Assembly: GCA_021801905.1 (NCBI GenBank)
Contig: JAKABJ010000001.1
Coordinates: 1-46,614, forward strand
Source: Candidatus Micrarchaeota archaeon
Lineage (GTDB): Archaea > Micrarchaeota > Micrarchaeia > Micrarchaeales > Micrarchaeaceae
DNA: 46,614 nt
Direction of reading: 5' to 3'
Position numbers and translations under genes: made by a program. A model generated the notes under the pieces. The model was not told where the DNA came from and made no database searches. It saw only the letters and a list, made by a program, of their open reading frames with translations. Shown piece by piece: positions 37,663-46,101 of this stretch. Within the stretch, counting starts at the first letter, position 1, and each line of letters begins with the position of its first letter.

Positions 37663-38292
37663 ATGGATAATACTGGCAAACTTTTTATATCGTCTTTTGT
37701 AATAAAAGGGATATTAAAATCAGATTTGAAAGAGCTTTCTTCTTTTATGGAGTCATTTGAAGGTATGAAGCCAATTAGCCATGGCTCTAAACTGTCCTAT
37801 AGTGTAAAGAGTAATCAAGATGCAGAAAGCACGATAGTTTTGGAACTGCATACGGATAAGGTAGCTTACAATTTCAGTTACAATAGCTATTCGATAATTA
37901 AAAATATTTTGCATATGGCAAATTTTTTGATTTTTGTGCAGGCAGTTGATAATAAATATAATTTCAATTATGTGGATTTATTGCCACAAATAATAGATTT
38001 ATTAAAAAATTGCAACATTTCTTCAACACGCCCTGCAGATGATTTATTTATAGAAAGGCTATCTAATTTTATAAAAAGATTGAATTTAGCCAATATAAAA
38101 TTATCCAGAAATCTTTACAATTCAAGGCTAGAAATCATGTCTTTAAACGACTCGTTAAAAACTTATAGGGAATTCTACAGAGAGATATACCATAATTTGA
38201 CCAAAAAAGGAGGGGTTGCTGAAAAAGATTTCGCAAGATGGCTGGGAGTAGATGAAAACATTATTAAAAGATTAAACAACGGGATAAAATGA
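37663..38292 (+). CDS. Hypothetical soluble protein (209 aa) with C-terminal HTH-like segment
   Basis: It begins 6 nt after the ATPase stop, with AGGTG upstream. The C-terminus GVAEKDFARWLGVDENIIKRLNNG resembles a helix-turn-helix. The region is visibly more A+T-rich than the upstream genes. Confidence 0.5.
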   Translation: MDNTGKLFISSFVIKGILKSDLKELSSFMESFEGMKPISHGSKLSYSVKSNQDAESTIVLELHTDKVAYNFSYNSYSIIKNILHMANFLIFVQAVDNKYNFNYVDLLPQIIDLLKNCNISSTRPADDLFIERLSNFIKRLNLANIKLSRNLYNSRLEIMSLNDSLKTYREFYREIYHNLTKKGGVAEKDFARWLGVDENIIKRLNNGIK

Positions 38293-38981
38293 GTGACAGT
38301 TTAAGAGCAGATTTGATTGCCTTTTCCCTTGTCTTATCATTTTTACTTTCTATTGTATTTATTTTTGTTTCGTTAAATTTTGCTTATTTGTTTTTTGGGG
38401 GAAGCGTTTGTATTTCTTTGATATTAGCAACAGAATTGACATATAACAAAAAAACTTTAGAGATTAAAGATGAAAGATATATTCTCAAGAATCATATAAC
38501 AAAGCCGCATGAGATTATTAGTAAGGAATTTCTACGTGTTTTAAATAACAAAGGCTGTTCCAGCATATCTAATTCGATAAAAAACATCCAGAAAGAGTCA
38601 GGAATAGCTGATTTTTGGTCTATAAAAGAAGAATTCGAGTACTGCCTAGAAAAAAATTATGACGCGGATTTGATAATTTATGGCGATGTTGTTTTCCGTG
38701 GGAATTGTTTAAGAAAAGTTTTTGATTATTTTAAATATAATTTATGGATAAATGAAGGTGGCGATGCAGATTTTAATGGAAAATTAAATAAAAAGCACAT
38801 CATTTACGGGGAACGGATAACTAAAAATATGCAGTGCTTTGCTGCCTTATCCGCATGGCAGAATTTCCTTTGGCAGTGGAGCATAAACAACATTGACATT
38901 CAAAGGTTTCCAAAAGGGGATTTTAGTATTAATTTAACAGAAGGTGACTTTCTTTGTTACAAATACTTGAAAAATTATTAA
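38289..38981 (+). CDS. Hypothetical membrane-anchored protein (230 aa; N-terminal TM hairpin plus Cys/Trp-rich soluble domain)
   Basis: ATGA overlap with the previous gene. The N-terminus is LIAFSLVLSFLLSIVFIFVSLNFAYLFFGGSVCISLILA, followed by a soluble domain of about 175 aa. I recognise no motif. Confidence 0.5.
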   Translation: MSDSLRADLIAFSLVLSFLLSIVFIFVSLNFAYLFFGGSVCISLILATELTYNKKTLEIKDERYILKNHITKPHEIISKEFLRVLNNKGCSSISNSIKNIQKESGIADFWSIKEEFEYCLEKNYDADLIIYGDVVFRGNCLRKVFDYFKYNLWINEGGDADFNGKLNKKHIIYGERITKNMQCFAALSAWQNFLWQWSINNIDIQRFPKGDFSINLTEGDFLCYKYLKNY

Positions 38982-39019
38982 GGCTCACCTCTCTAAGCGG
39001 ACTTATAGTAATCAATTCT

Positions 39020-39157
39020 ATGGCATTTCTCATCATACTTATTTCGACAATTAGAGGCCAGCCAATGAATATACGAAAATATCTTATGGCTTCATTCCTG
39101 CTGCTGTTATTTATTGAAGCACTCCATATATTGGCATATTCAAATGTATTGATTTGA
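39020..39157 (+). CDS. Possible small two-helix membrane protein (45 aa)
   Basis: MAFLIILISTIRGQPMNIRKYLMASFLLLLFIEALHILAYSNVLI has two hydrophobic segments split by a basic loop. The ORF-track version (38954) overlaps the previous gene. Support is weak, resting only on position in the operon and hydrophobicity. Confidence 0.3.
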   Translation: MAFLIILISTIRGQPMNIRKYLMASFLLLLFIEALHILAYSNVLI

Positions 39158-39269
39158 TTTTATTCTATTTTGTGCGTAGCTCACTCCAATAGAATTATGG
39201 CATTTCCCATCCATTAACCAATATTTCTGGCATATTTCTTATGTTACCAAAATTATTCTATTTATTTTA

Positions 39270-39611
39270 TTAGCAACAATGTAATAAAGTCGGAGCTCCT
39301 CTCAAAAGCCATGCGGTCTCTTCATTTCTATCATGTCTTTTCCTCTTCGTTAATTCATTATCTGCAATTTTTTGGCTGTCTTCTTTACTATATTTTCGTA
39401 TCAATTTTAGCTGATAATCGGTCATCTTTGCGGCACTCCTGGAATTAATTCCTTTTGATTCCAAAGTTCTTAGAAGCCTAGCATCTTCCTTTCTGGTTAT
39501 AAAGGTTAAAGATATAGCTGATATGTCTGGTTTCGCTCTGTTTAGTACGAGTGCTTCGCTTTTGATATTAAAAGCTGTCTGGTATTTTTTATCTTCCATA
39601 TATGTCACCAC
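39270..39611 (-). CDS. Hypothetical protein, possible ribbon-helix-helix DNA-binding fold
   Basis: 113 aa, divergent from cydA. The segment ISLTFITRKEDARLLRTLESKGINSRSAAKMTDYQLKLI fits a beta-strand/helix/helix RHH pattern, and the C-terminal tail is basic. The start may be Met5. Confidence 0.4.
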   Translation of the reverse strand: MVTYMEDKKYQTAFNIKSEALVLNRAKPDISAISLTFITRKEDARLLRTLESKGINSRSAAKMTDYQLKLIRKYSKEDSQKIADNELTKRKRHDRNEETAWLLRGAPTLLHCC

Positions 39612-39670
39612 ATAATAAGCGTATATTATTTCTATTAATGATATATATAACTTCTTTATGATTTATTCTT

Positions 39671-40999
39671 ATGCTTTCGGTATTGGATTTCGATAGGTTC
39701 TTGATGGGTTTTTCCCTTGGCGTGCATATCATACTGGCTTCGATAGGGATTGCGCTTCCTGTAATAATAATTCTGGCTGAATTTTTAGGGATAAGAAAAA
39801 AGGATAAAATATACACGACTTTGGCAAAAAGGCTTTCTCTGATTCTTATTGTACTTTTTGCAGTAGGAACTGCTTCTGGAACCCTTGTAGCGCTTGAACT
39901 TTTCCTTTTGTGGCCCAAATTCATGGCCTTGGTAGGCCAAGTTGCAATACTGCCGGTATATATAGAGGTATTTGCTTTCTTTTTGGAGGCGATTTTCCTT
40001 GCTATTTATATGTTATCTTGGGATTCATTTGATAATAAATACGTGCATGTTTTTTTCGGGGTACTTGTAGGAATTGGAGGGGCTGCGTCTGCAATTCTTA
40101 TAACAATGCTAAATTCGTTTATGAATACACCTAATGGATTTAACATTTCTACATATTTAAGTACAGGACGCATAGTTGGTGTAAACCCTCTTGCAATATT
40201 CTCTACGCCAGCAACAGGAATAGAAGTAAGCCATGTGTTAGCAACTAGCTATTTTGCAGGTGCATTCATATTCTGTGCTTACATGGCATACAGGTTACTG
40301 AAATGCGACCCAAAGTATAAAGAGTATTATATGAAAGGATTAAAGATCACTTTCTCTTTAGTTGTAATAGCGACATTTTTCTCTGTTGTTACAGGCATTA
40401 TATCGATAAATTCTTTGGCAAGCATACAACCTGAAAAATATGCAGCTTTAGAAGCCAATCTGTTCACAAGATCAAACGCATCCGAGATCATAGGTGGAAT
40501 TTTAATTAACGGCACACTTAGAGACTATTTTTCAATACCAGGATTACAGAGCGCTCTGCTCGGCTCATCGAACGCCGTTGCTCCAGGTTTAAATGAATTT
40601 CCAAAAAGTACTTGGCCGCCTTTAATAGTTCATGATACTTTTGATTTAATGGTCTTTCTGGGCTTTGGCTTTGGTTTGTTTGTATTGATCGTTTTGGTAT
40701 TGCAATTAATTAGGAAAAAACCATTTGAAAAAAGATGGATACTTTACCTTATAGTGATTGCTGGTGGTGTTGCGGTCCTTCTGCTTGAACTTGGATGGAT
40801 GACGGCAGAAGTGGGGCGGCAACCATGGATAATATACAACGTAATGCTTGTAAGCGAAGCGGCCAATTACTCAACTTCGATAATACCTATTGTAATAGGA
40901 TTGATAGTAGTTTACGCACTTATACTGCCAATTACTGCAATAATGCTTAAGATGCTCTTCCGTGATAGAGAATTATCCAAAGAATTAGGGATTCCATGA
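39671..40999 (+). CDS. cydA: Cytochrome bd-type quinol oxidase subunit I
   Basis: 442 aa. It has the N-terminal heme-ligand His context (SLGVHIILAS) and the conserved GWMTAEVGRQPW motif, with multiple TM helices. Confidence 0.92.
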   Translation: MLSVLDFDRFLMGFSLGVHIILASIGIALPVIIILAEFLGIRKKDKIYTTLAKRLSLILIVLFAVGTASGTLVALELFLLWPKFMALVGQVAILPVYIEVFAFFLEAIFLAIYMLSWDSFDNKYVHVFFGVLVGIGGAASAILITMLNSFMNTPNGFNISTYLSTGRIVGVNPLAIFSTPATGIEVSHVLATSYFAGAFIFCAYMAYRLLKCDPKYKEYYMKGLKITFSLVVIATFFSVVTGIISINSLASIQPEKYAALEANLFTRSNASEIIGGILINGTLRDYFSIPGLQSALLGSSNAVAPGLNEFPKSTWPPLIVHDTFDLMVFLGFGFGLFVLIVLVLQLIRKKPFEKRWILYLIVIAGGVAVLLLELGWMTAEVGRQPWIIYNVMLVSEAANYSTSIIPIVIGLIVVYALILPITAIMLKMLFRDRELSKELGIP

Positions 41000-41925
41000 A
41001 TGCCTTATACATATTCAATATATCGATATTTGCAGTCTTCTTTACACTCTTCACGATAGAGGTAGGAATAGCTTTGCAGATTCTTTTAGGGAATAATAAG
41101 ATTGCGGAAATGATAAGGTATATAACACCCATATGGGAGATAACCGGTACGTTTGCAGTTTTTTTTGTTATGAACTTTATTGCTACTTTTCCTTCAGCAA
41201 TAGCTATTATAGGAACTGCATACGTTGCCCCTCTCCTTATAGCGGCATTATTTTTTATTTTTAGGAATGCTTTCCTTGCATACGGAATTTATTACAAAGG
41301 ATCATCTAGCAGGGTTTATTTGAAGGTCTATGGATTGGCAACCTTGATAACGGGATTTCTTGTTATAAGTGTACTTTCTTCTGCGATAAGCGGTTTCGGG
41401 ATAAATTTGGGAACCGATAGCATAAACTTATTCACTTTATTTGTCAATCCATTTTTCCTTATTATTCTTGTTTCCGTAATTTTCATATCTTTAATGCTAA
41501 ATTCTGTAATTTTTCACACAGATAAGGAGCCCGTATATTTCTTGATTGGGATTATAGGGATTATAATGGCATTGCTTGATATGCATTATTATCTTAACTA
41601 TGCTTTTATCAATTTATTGCAAGGAGTTCCTTTACTTTTATTAGTAATAATCGTATTTCCAGTGAGGATGGCGTCTGCAATAAAAAGAAGTGCCATATCC
41701 ATGATAGTGCCTTTTGTCTGGATGTTCTTGATAATTATCCTATTTAGTTATGCAACATATCCGTACTGGTTTGGAAAAGAAATAAACGCGACATCATATT
41801 TATCTCTGACAGCTACTGGCACATATGTATCGTATATAACCATTATTGGCGGGGCTCTTCTTACCATAGCTCTTATATATTTTGTTTATATTTCTTATTT
41901 TAAGTCCAAAAAGGCATATTCATGA
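40996..41925 (+). CDS. cydB: Cytochrome bd-type quinol oxidase subunit II
   Basis: 309 aa, polytopic, with a 4-nt overlap with cydA. Position and topology are as for CydB, but the sequence is divergent. Confidence 0.75.
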   Translation: MNALYIFNISIFAVFFTLFTIEVGIALQILLGNNKIAEMIRYITPIWEITGTFAVFFVMNFIATFPSAIAIIGTAYVAPLLIAALFFIFRNAFLAYGIYYKGSSSRVYLKVYGLATLITGFLVISVLSSAISGFGINLGTDSINLFTLFVNPFFLIILVSVIFISLMLNSVIFHTDKEPVYFLIGIIGIIMALLDMHYYLNYAFINLLQGVPLLLLVIIVFPVRMASAIKRSAISMIVPFVWMFLIIILFSYATYPYWFGKEINATSYLSLTATGTYVSYITIIGGALLTIALIYFVYISYFKSKKAYS

Positions 41926-42578
41926 CGAGTTTTATCATTCTGAAGCTTTCGACCATAATAATATTCTTGCTAACTCTTCCATTGGCTGCATTCTTAACCC
42001 AATCTTTCTTCAAAAGCAAAGTTAAAAGTTATTTGTATTGGAGCATTGGGATGTGGTTTTTTTCATTAAGCGTGTTTATCGAAATTTTATTTGCATTTGG
42101 AGCATATAGTGGATTTTTAGGGAATAGTTATATGCTATTTGTTGCATTGATTGTCGAATTTTTGGCATTGGGTTCCATCAATATGGTAAAAAGGCTGCTA
42201 ATAAGAAAAACATATTACATATTTTGCGTTATATCAACTATTTTTCTGATTTATGTAATAATCATATCTCCGAATATACCGATAGTTAATAATGCAAGAA
42301 TAGCTTTTACAGTTACATCTTTGCTTGTTTCTATAGCTTCCAGCATAATAACTTTTCCTGCAGCTGCAATATTGGTAATAGTTGCGGCTTTGAGCTATAA
42401 ACGCACAAGAAATGTAAAAATGCTTTCGATAATAGCAGGGGTGATTGTAGTTTCAATTGCGGGAGGATTATATATAGAAGCCATACCTGCTTTTCTTTAT
42501 TATTCTGAATTCATAGGGATAGTACTTCTTTGGTTGGGCTTCTTCAATTTTGATAAGGTTAAACGAATTGTAAGATAA
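41922..42578 (+). CDS. Hypothetical 6-TM membrane protein translationally coupled to cydAB
   Basis: 218 aa with an ATGA overlap with cydB. It is entirely hydrophobic helices and I recognise no motif. Confidence 0.5.
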   Translation: MTSFIILKLSTIIIFLLTLPLAAFLTQSFFKSKVKSYLYWSIGMWFFSLSVFIEILFAFGAYSGFLGNSYMLFVALIVEFLALGSINMVKRLLIRKTYYIFCVISTIFLIYVIIISPNIPIVNNARIAFTVTSLLVSIASSIITFPAAAILVIVAALSYKRTRNVKMLSIIAGVIVVSIAGGLYIEAIPAFLYYSEFIGIVLLWLGFFNFDKVKRIVR

Positions 42579-43248
42579 ATAATAAAATAAAAACAGCTAT
42601 TGGAACAGTAAGGTTGTCATAACTACTTGGAGTGAAAAACTCAATTATGGATGCAAATACTCCTGCAATTATTAGTAGAACGTAAGGGTAGATTGCAGCT
42701 CCTTGGAAAAAGATTACATAAATAATAAAAGAACTGATTAGGGTGCCGATAAAGACCCCAAAAGCCCCCTCTATGCTCTTATTGCCTGACTTTTTATTTT
42801 TTCTCATGCTCCCTAAAAAGGGTGCAATCCCATCTCCGAATACCATTGCGCAAAGGGCCACAACGCCTGGCAGGGATTTGAAGCCTATTGCGGTTATGAG
42901 AATGAAGATGAAGAAAAAGAAAAGAGGTCCTTTTACAGCTTCCCTTATGTTGCCAGTCCAAGTAAGCCTTGCTACATTCTTTTTATGCGATCCTTTTCCT
43001 AAATTTGCAAAGACTATTATTGCAATAAAAATAAGCGGCACTATAGAAAAAAATACTTCTGCGTATGCGGATTTATAAAGAAACCAGAAAAGTATAAGTC
43101 CACCCATTAGCAGATGAACTAGCTTCCTTCCAGTTCTTCTACTAAGTTTGTTGTTTTTTACAAGATAATCTATAATCACAACAATTAGTAGTGAGTATAT
43201 TATCTCCAATAAAAGTATAAACATATTATATATCAGCTGTGCATTCAT
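42559..43248 (-). CDS. Dolichol/phytol kinase - CTP-transferase family membrane protein
   Basis: 229 aa. It has the GRKLVHLLMGG motif (as in dolichol/phytol kinases) and FGDGIAPFLG (cytidylyltransferase-family GD motif), with about 6 TM helices. Confidence 0.6.
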   Translation of the reverse strand: MNAQLIYNMFILLLEIIYSLLIVVIIDYLVKNNKLSRRTGRKLVHLLMGGLILFWFLYKSAYAEVFFSIVPLIFIAIIVFANLGKGSHKKNVARLTWTGNIREAVKGPLFFFFIFILITAIGFKSLPGVVALCAMVFGDGIAPFLGSMRKNKKSGNKSIEGAFGVFIGTLISSFIIYVIFFQGAAIYPYVLLIIAGVFASIIEFFTPSSYDNLTVPIAVFILLFILQFV

Positions 43249-43261
43249 TTTGGCGCCCTAA

Positions 43262-43783
43262 TTATTTCACACCAATATGTTCAAGCACAGAATTGATATT
43301 GTCTTCAATAGCATTTGTGCTTTTAAATGAGATTATATTTCCATCTATTTCTACGTCTTTTTCGCTTGCAATGCCATGAAAAAGTTCCACGGTTCTTTGG
43401 GTTTCTTTGTCAGCAGGCACTGCAACCTTTTTTCCCCTCAGTATATTCGCTTTTGCAGATATCTTTTGGGAGTTTCCTATAGAAATTATATATTTGTGCA
43501 TTGAATTGAATTTTGTCAGGATATCAAAAAAAGGCCTGAATTCCTGCAACTTGTACGTATCAATTCCAGGCCCGTCAATAAGCACAATTCCATTATATTT
43601 GGATGGATCAATCTTGTTTGTATTAATATCGGGCATATATATTGCTCCATGAGAGCCTATGCATTCTTTTGTGCTGTAGCTGGTGATAGTTGCTTTTATT
43701 CCCCATCTTTCAAAAAACATTTTGAATGCGCTTACAGATTCGTCCTTAAAATCATTAGGAGATATAAATATGAGGAATTCCAT
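43262..43783 (-). CDS. DJ-1/PfpI-like domain protein lacking the nucleophile Cys
   Basis: 173 aa. The overall pattern is right (YNGIVLIDGPG ... GKKVAV ... DGNIISF), but the nucleophile-elbow position reads ISIGNS instead of aaIChG. Confidence 0.5.
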   Translation of the reverse strand: MEFLIFISPNDFKDESVSAFKMFFERWGIKATITSYSTKECIGSHGAIYMPDINTNKIDPSKYNGIVLIDGPGIDTYKLQEFRPFFDILTKFNSMHKYIISIGNSQKISAKANILRGKKVAVPADKETQRTVELFHGIASEKDVEIDGNIISFKSTNAIEDNINSVLEHIGVK

Positions 43784-43840
43784 AATAATATGTATCCATA
43801 ATAAGCTTAAAAAACCTTCGCAGCTAAAGATAGCGGATTC

Positions 43841-44587
43841 TTAGTTTTCAAGCATATATGGAGCAAGATAATACGAGAGAGATGCTTCCCCTATCTTATA
43901 ATCGATTTTTATTGGTTCCTCTGTTTTTATTGACAACTGGACTGTATTGCCTTGCGGGCATGTCCTGACTATTCTATCAAGATATTCAAGATTGAATGTT
44001 ACTGATGATGGCTTTGTTACGTTCATCTTTTTAACAAAGTCGGTGTTGCCAGCATGTTCCTCTTCCAGCTCAGCAGCATCCCCTTTGGCAGATATTTTGA
44101 AATTGTCTTTCTCGGTTTTAAACCCTATAAGATTCGATAATGAAGTTGCGTCTTTAAGCACTTCCTTAAAAGGATCGCTTTTGAGTTCTACCTGAGATTC
44201 AAATTCTATCTTTGGTTCCTTATCTGCCTCTTTCTTGACTTCTATCATTGGCAGTTTATATCTTCTTCTGCTGTTTTCACCTATAAACTCTATAGCAAAC
44301 TTATTTCCGGAGTCTTTCATGGATAGCTGTTCGTTGTTTCTTGCGCTTGATAGGATTTTGTTGAAGTTCTCTATGCTTACTCCGACTATAGCCTGCTTAT
44401 CAATCTCGTACTTGGAAAATGCTTTATTAGGTATATAAAAAGAGACCATGCTTATGCCTGAGGGGTCCATTGCTTTAAGAGAGATTCCTTCCTTTGATAT
44501 ATTAAATATGCCTTCATCGACTAAGGTCGCTATCGAACCTATGCAATCTCTCCAATACCTAGCATCGTCTATTTTTATTTCGAACAC
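43841..44587 (-). CDS. pcn: DNA polymerase sliding clamp PCNA
   Basis: (M)FEIKIDDARYWRDCIGSIATLVDEGIFNISKEGISLKAMDPSGISMV aligns with archaeal PCNA N-termini. I place the start at the GTG at 44587, giving 248 aa. The ORF-track TTG (44656) or ATG (44638) would add a non-homologous hydrophobic extension. Confidence 0.88.
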   Translation of the reverse strand: MFEIKIDDARYWRDCIGSIATLVDEGIFNISKEGISLKAMDPSGISMVSFYIPNKAFSKYEIDKQAIVGVSIENFNKILSSARNNEQLSMKDSGNKFAIEFIGENSRRRYKLPMIEVKKEADKEPKIEFESQVELKSDPFKEVLKDATSLSNLIGFKTEKDNFKISAKGDAAELEEEHAGNTDFVKKMNVTKPSSVTFNLEYLDRIVRTCPQGNTVQLSIKTEEPIKIDYKIGEASLSYYLAPYMLEN

Positions 44588-44719
44588 AGAACCACGCAGT
44601 AACTGTATATCTATTCTCTCATAAAGGAATAAAAACATTTGTAATGCACATGTCAATATTAAAACAGTATGTGTTTATTTTATTTATTATATTTTGCAAT
44701 CGTATGAAAAAATGTAAAC

Positions 44720-46099
44720 TTAAATCTCATTTTTTGGATCAAGCAGCCTGTCCAATGTTTTTTTGTCAAGAACGCCCATTTCAAGGCAAACCTCTTTTAC
44801 TGTTTTATCGCTCTTATAAGCCATTCTGGCTATCTCTGCTGCTTTGGCATAACCTATATGGCGTGTCAATGCGGTTACTATTGAGATGTCATTATCAAGA
44901 TTCTTTTTGATTATGCTGCGGTTCGCCTTTATCCCATCTATGCATTTTTTAGTGAATATATTAACCCCATTTGAGAATAAGTCAATAGATAGGAGAAGAT
45001 CGTGCGCTATTAAAGGCATGTATACATTTAATTGAAGCTGTCCTGAATCTGCAGCTTTGTCTATCGAATACGAATATCCGAATATCTGGAAGCACACCAT
45101 GTTCATCATCTCTGCAGCGCTGGGATTTATCTTTCCAGGCATTATAGAAGACCCTGGAAGAAGCTCTGGGAGGCTCAGTTCGCCCATCCTGCCTCCTAAA
45201 CTTGATGAGAGAAGGCGCAGATCGTTTGCAATCTTGTTTATTGTTATTGCACATTCTTTAAGAGAATCGGAAAGGAATACTTCATCCTGCTGGTTTGGCA
45301 TCATCTTGAATTTGTTGCTAGTGATAAAGAATCGTGTTTTTAACTCTTTGTTTATCTCTAATGCCGCAGTTTCAGCATATCCTTTGGACGCATTTATGCC
45401 TGTGCCTACAGCGGTTCCGCCTAATGGTATTTCTAGCAATAGATCCGTTGCGTGCCTTATGTTCTCAGCAGCTTTTGCAACAGCTCCGGAATATCCTTTG
45501 AACTCTTGACCCATGCTAATTGGCACAGCATTCTGAAGGTGGGTTCTTCCCACTTTTATTATGTCTTCAAATTCCTGAGCTTTTTTATCCAGAGTCCTGT
45601 TAAGATCTTTTAATGCAGGGAGAAGCTTGTTCCTAACAGATATGTATGAGGCTATATGAACCGCAGTGTGGTATGTATCGTTTGTGGACTGGCTCATGTT
45701 AACATGATCGTTTGGATTAACCAGGTTGTAATCCCCTTTATTTCCGTTAAGAAGCTCAATTGCCCTGTTTGCTATTACTTCATTAAGGTTCATGTTTAGA
45801 TTTGTGCCTGCGCCAGCCTGAAAGACATCTATATTGAACTGATCTGAGAACTTCCCGCTTGCTACCTCTTTGGATGCTTTCATTATAGCTTTGCCGATTT
45901 TTGGGTTAAGTTTTCCTATTGAAATATTTGCATGGGCGGCAGCGTATTTAAGAATTGCATATGCATATATCATTGTCTTGTTTGTCTTGATGCCAGATGC
46001 ATTAAAATTTTCTAAGGCTCTTTGTGTCTCTAATCCATAATAAGCATCTTCAGGGACTTTTGCGCTTCCTAAAACATCCTTTTCTATTCTGAATTTCAT
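44720..46099 (-). CDS. fumC: Class II fumarate hydratase / aspartate ammonia-lyase family (fumarase favoured by context)
   Basis: 459 aa. It has the GSSIMPGKINP signature, TNDTYHTA and GAGTNLNMNLNEVIANRA. It lies 2 nt downstream of sdhB and among TCA genes, but the AGAGT motif leaves aspartase possible. Confidence 0.8.
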   Translation of the reverse strand: MKFRIEKDVLGSAKVPEDAYYGLETQRALENFNASGIKTNKTMIYAYAILKYAAAHANISIGKLNPKIGKAIMKASKEVASGKFSDQFNIDVFQAGAGTNLNMNLNEVIANRAIELLNGNKGDYNLVNPNDHVNMSQSTNDTYHTAVHIASYISVRNKLLPALKDLNRTLDKKAQEFEDIIKVGRTHLQNAVPISMGQEFKGYSGAVAKAAENIRHATDLLLEIPLGGTAVGTGINASKGYAETAALEINKELKTRFFITSNKFKMMPNQQDEVFLSDSLKECAITINKIANDLRLLSSSLGGRMGELSLPELLPGSSIMPGKINPSAAEMMNMVCFQIFGYSYSIDKAADSGQLQLNVYMPLIAHDLLLSIDLFSNGVNIFTKKCIDGIKANRSIIKKNLDNDISIVTALTRHIGYAKAAEIARMAYKSDKTVKEVCLEMGVLDKKTLDRLLDPKNEI

Positions 46100-46101
46100 G
46101 T

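Noticed and set aside
39589-39924. 111-aa minus-strand ORF overlapping the cydA start
   Set aside because: It is antisense to the well-supported cydA N-terminus, and the shorter upstream ORF (39270-39611) is in a different frame. It is most likely a shadow ORF.
44588-44656. Longer PCNA N-terminus from the TTG (44656) or ATG (44638) start
   Set aside because: The extra residues (…MFLFLYERIDIQLLRGS) have no counterpart in PCNA alignments. Homology begins exactly at the GTG-encoded Met-Phe-Glu-Ile-Lys.
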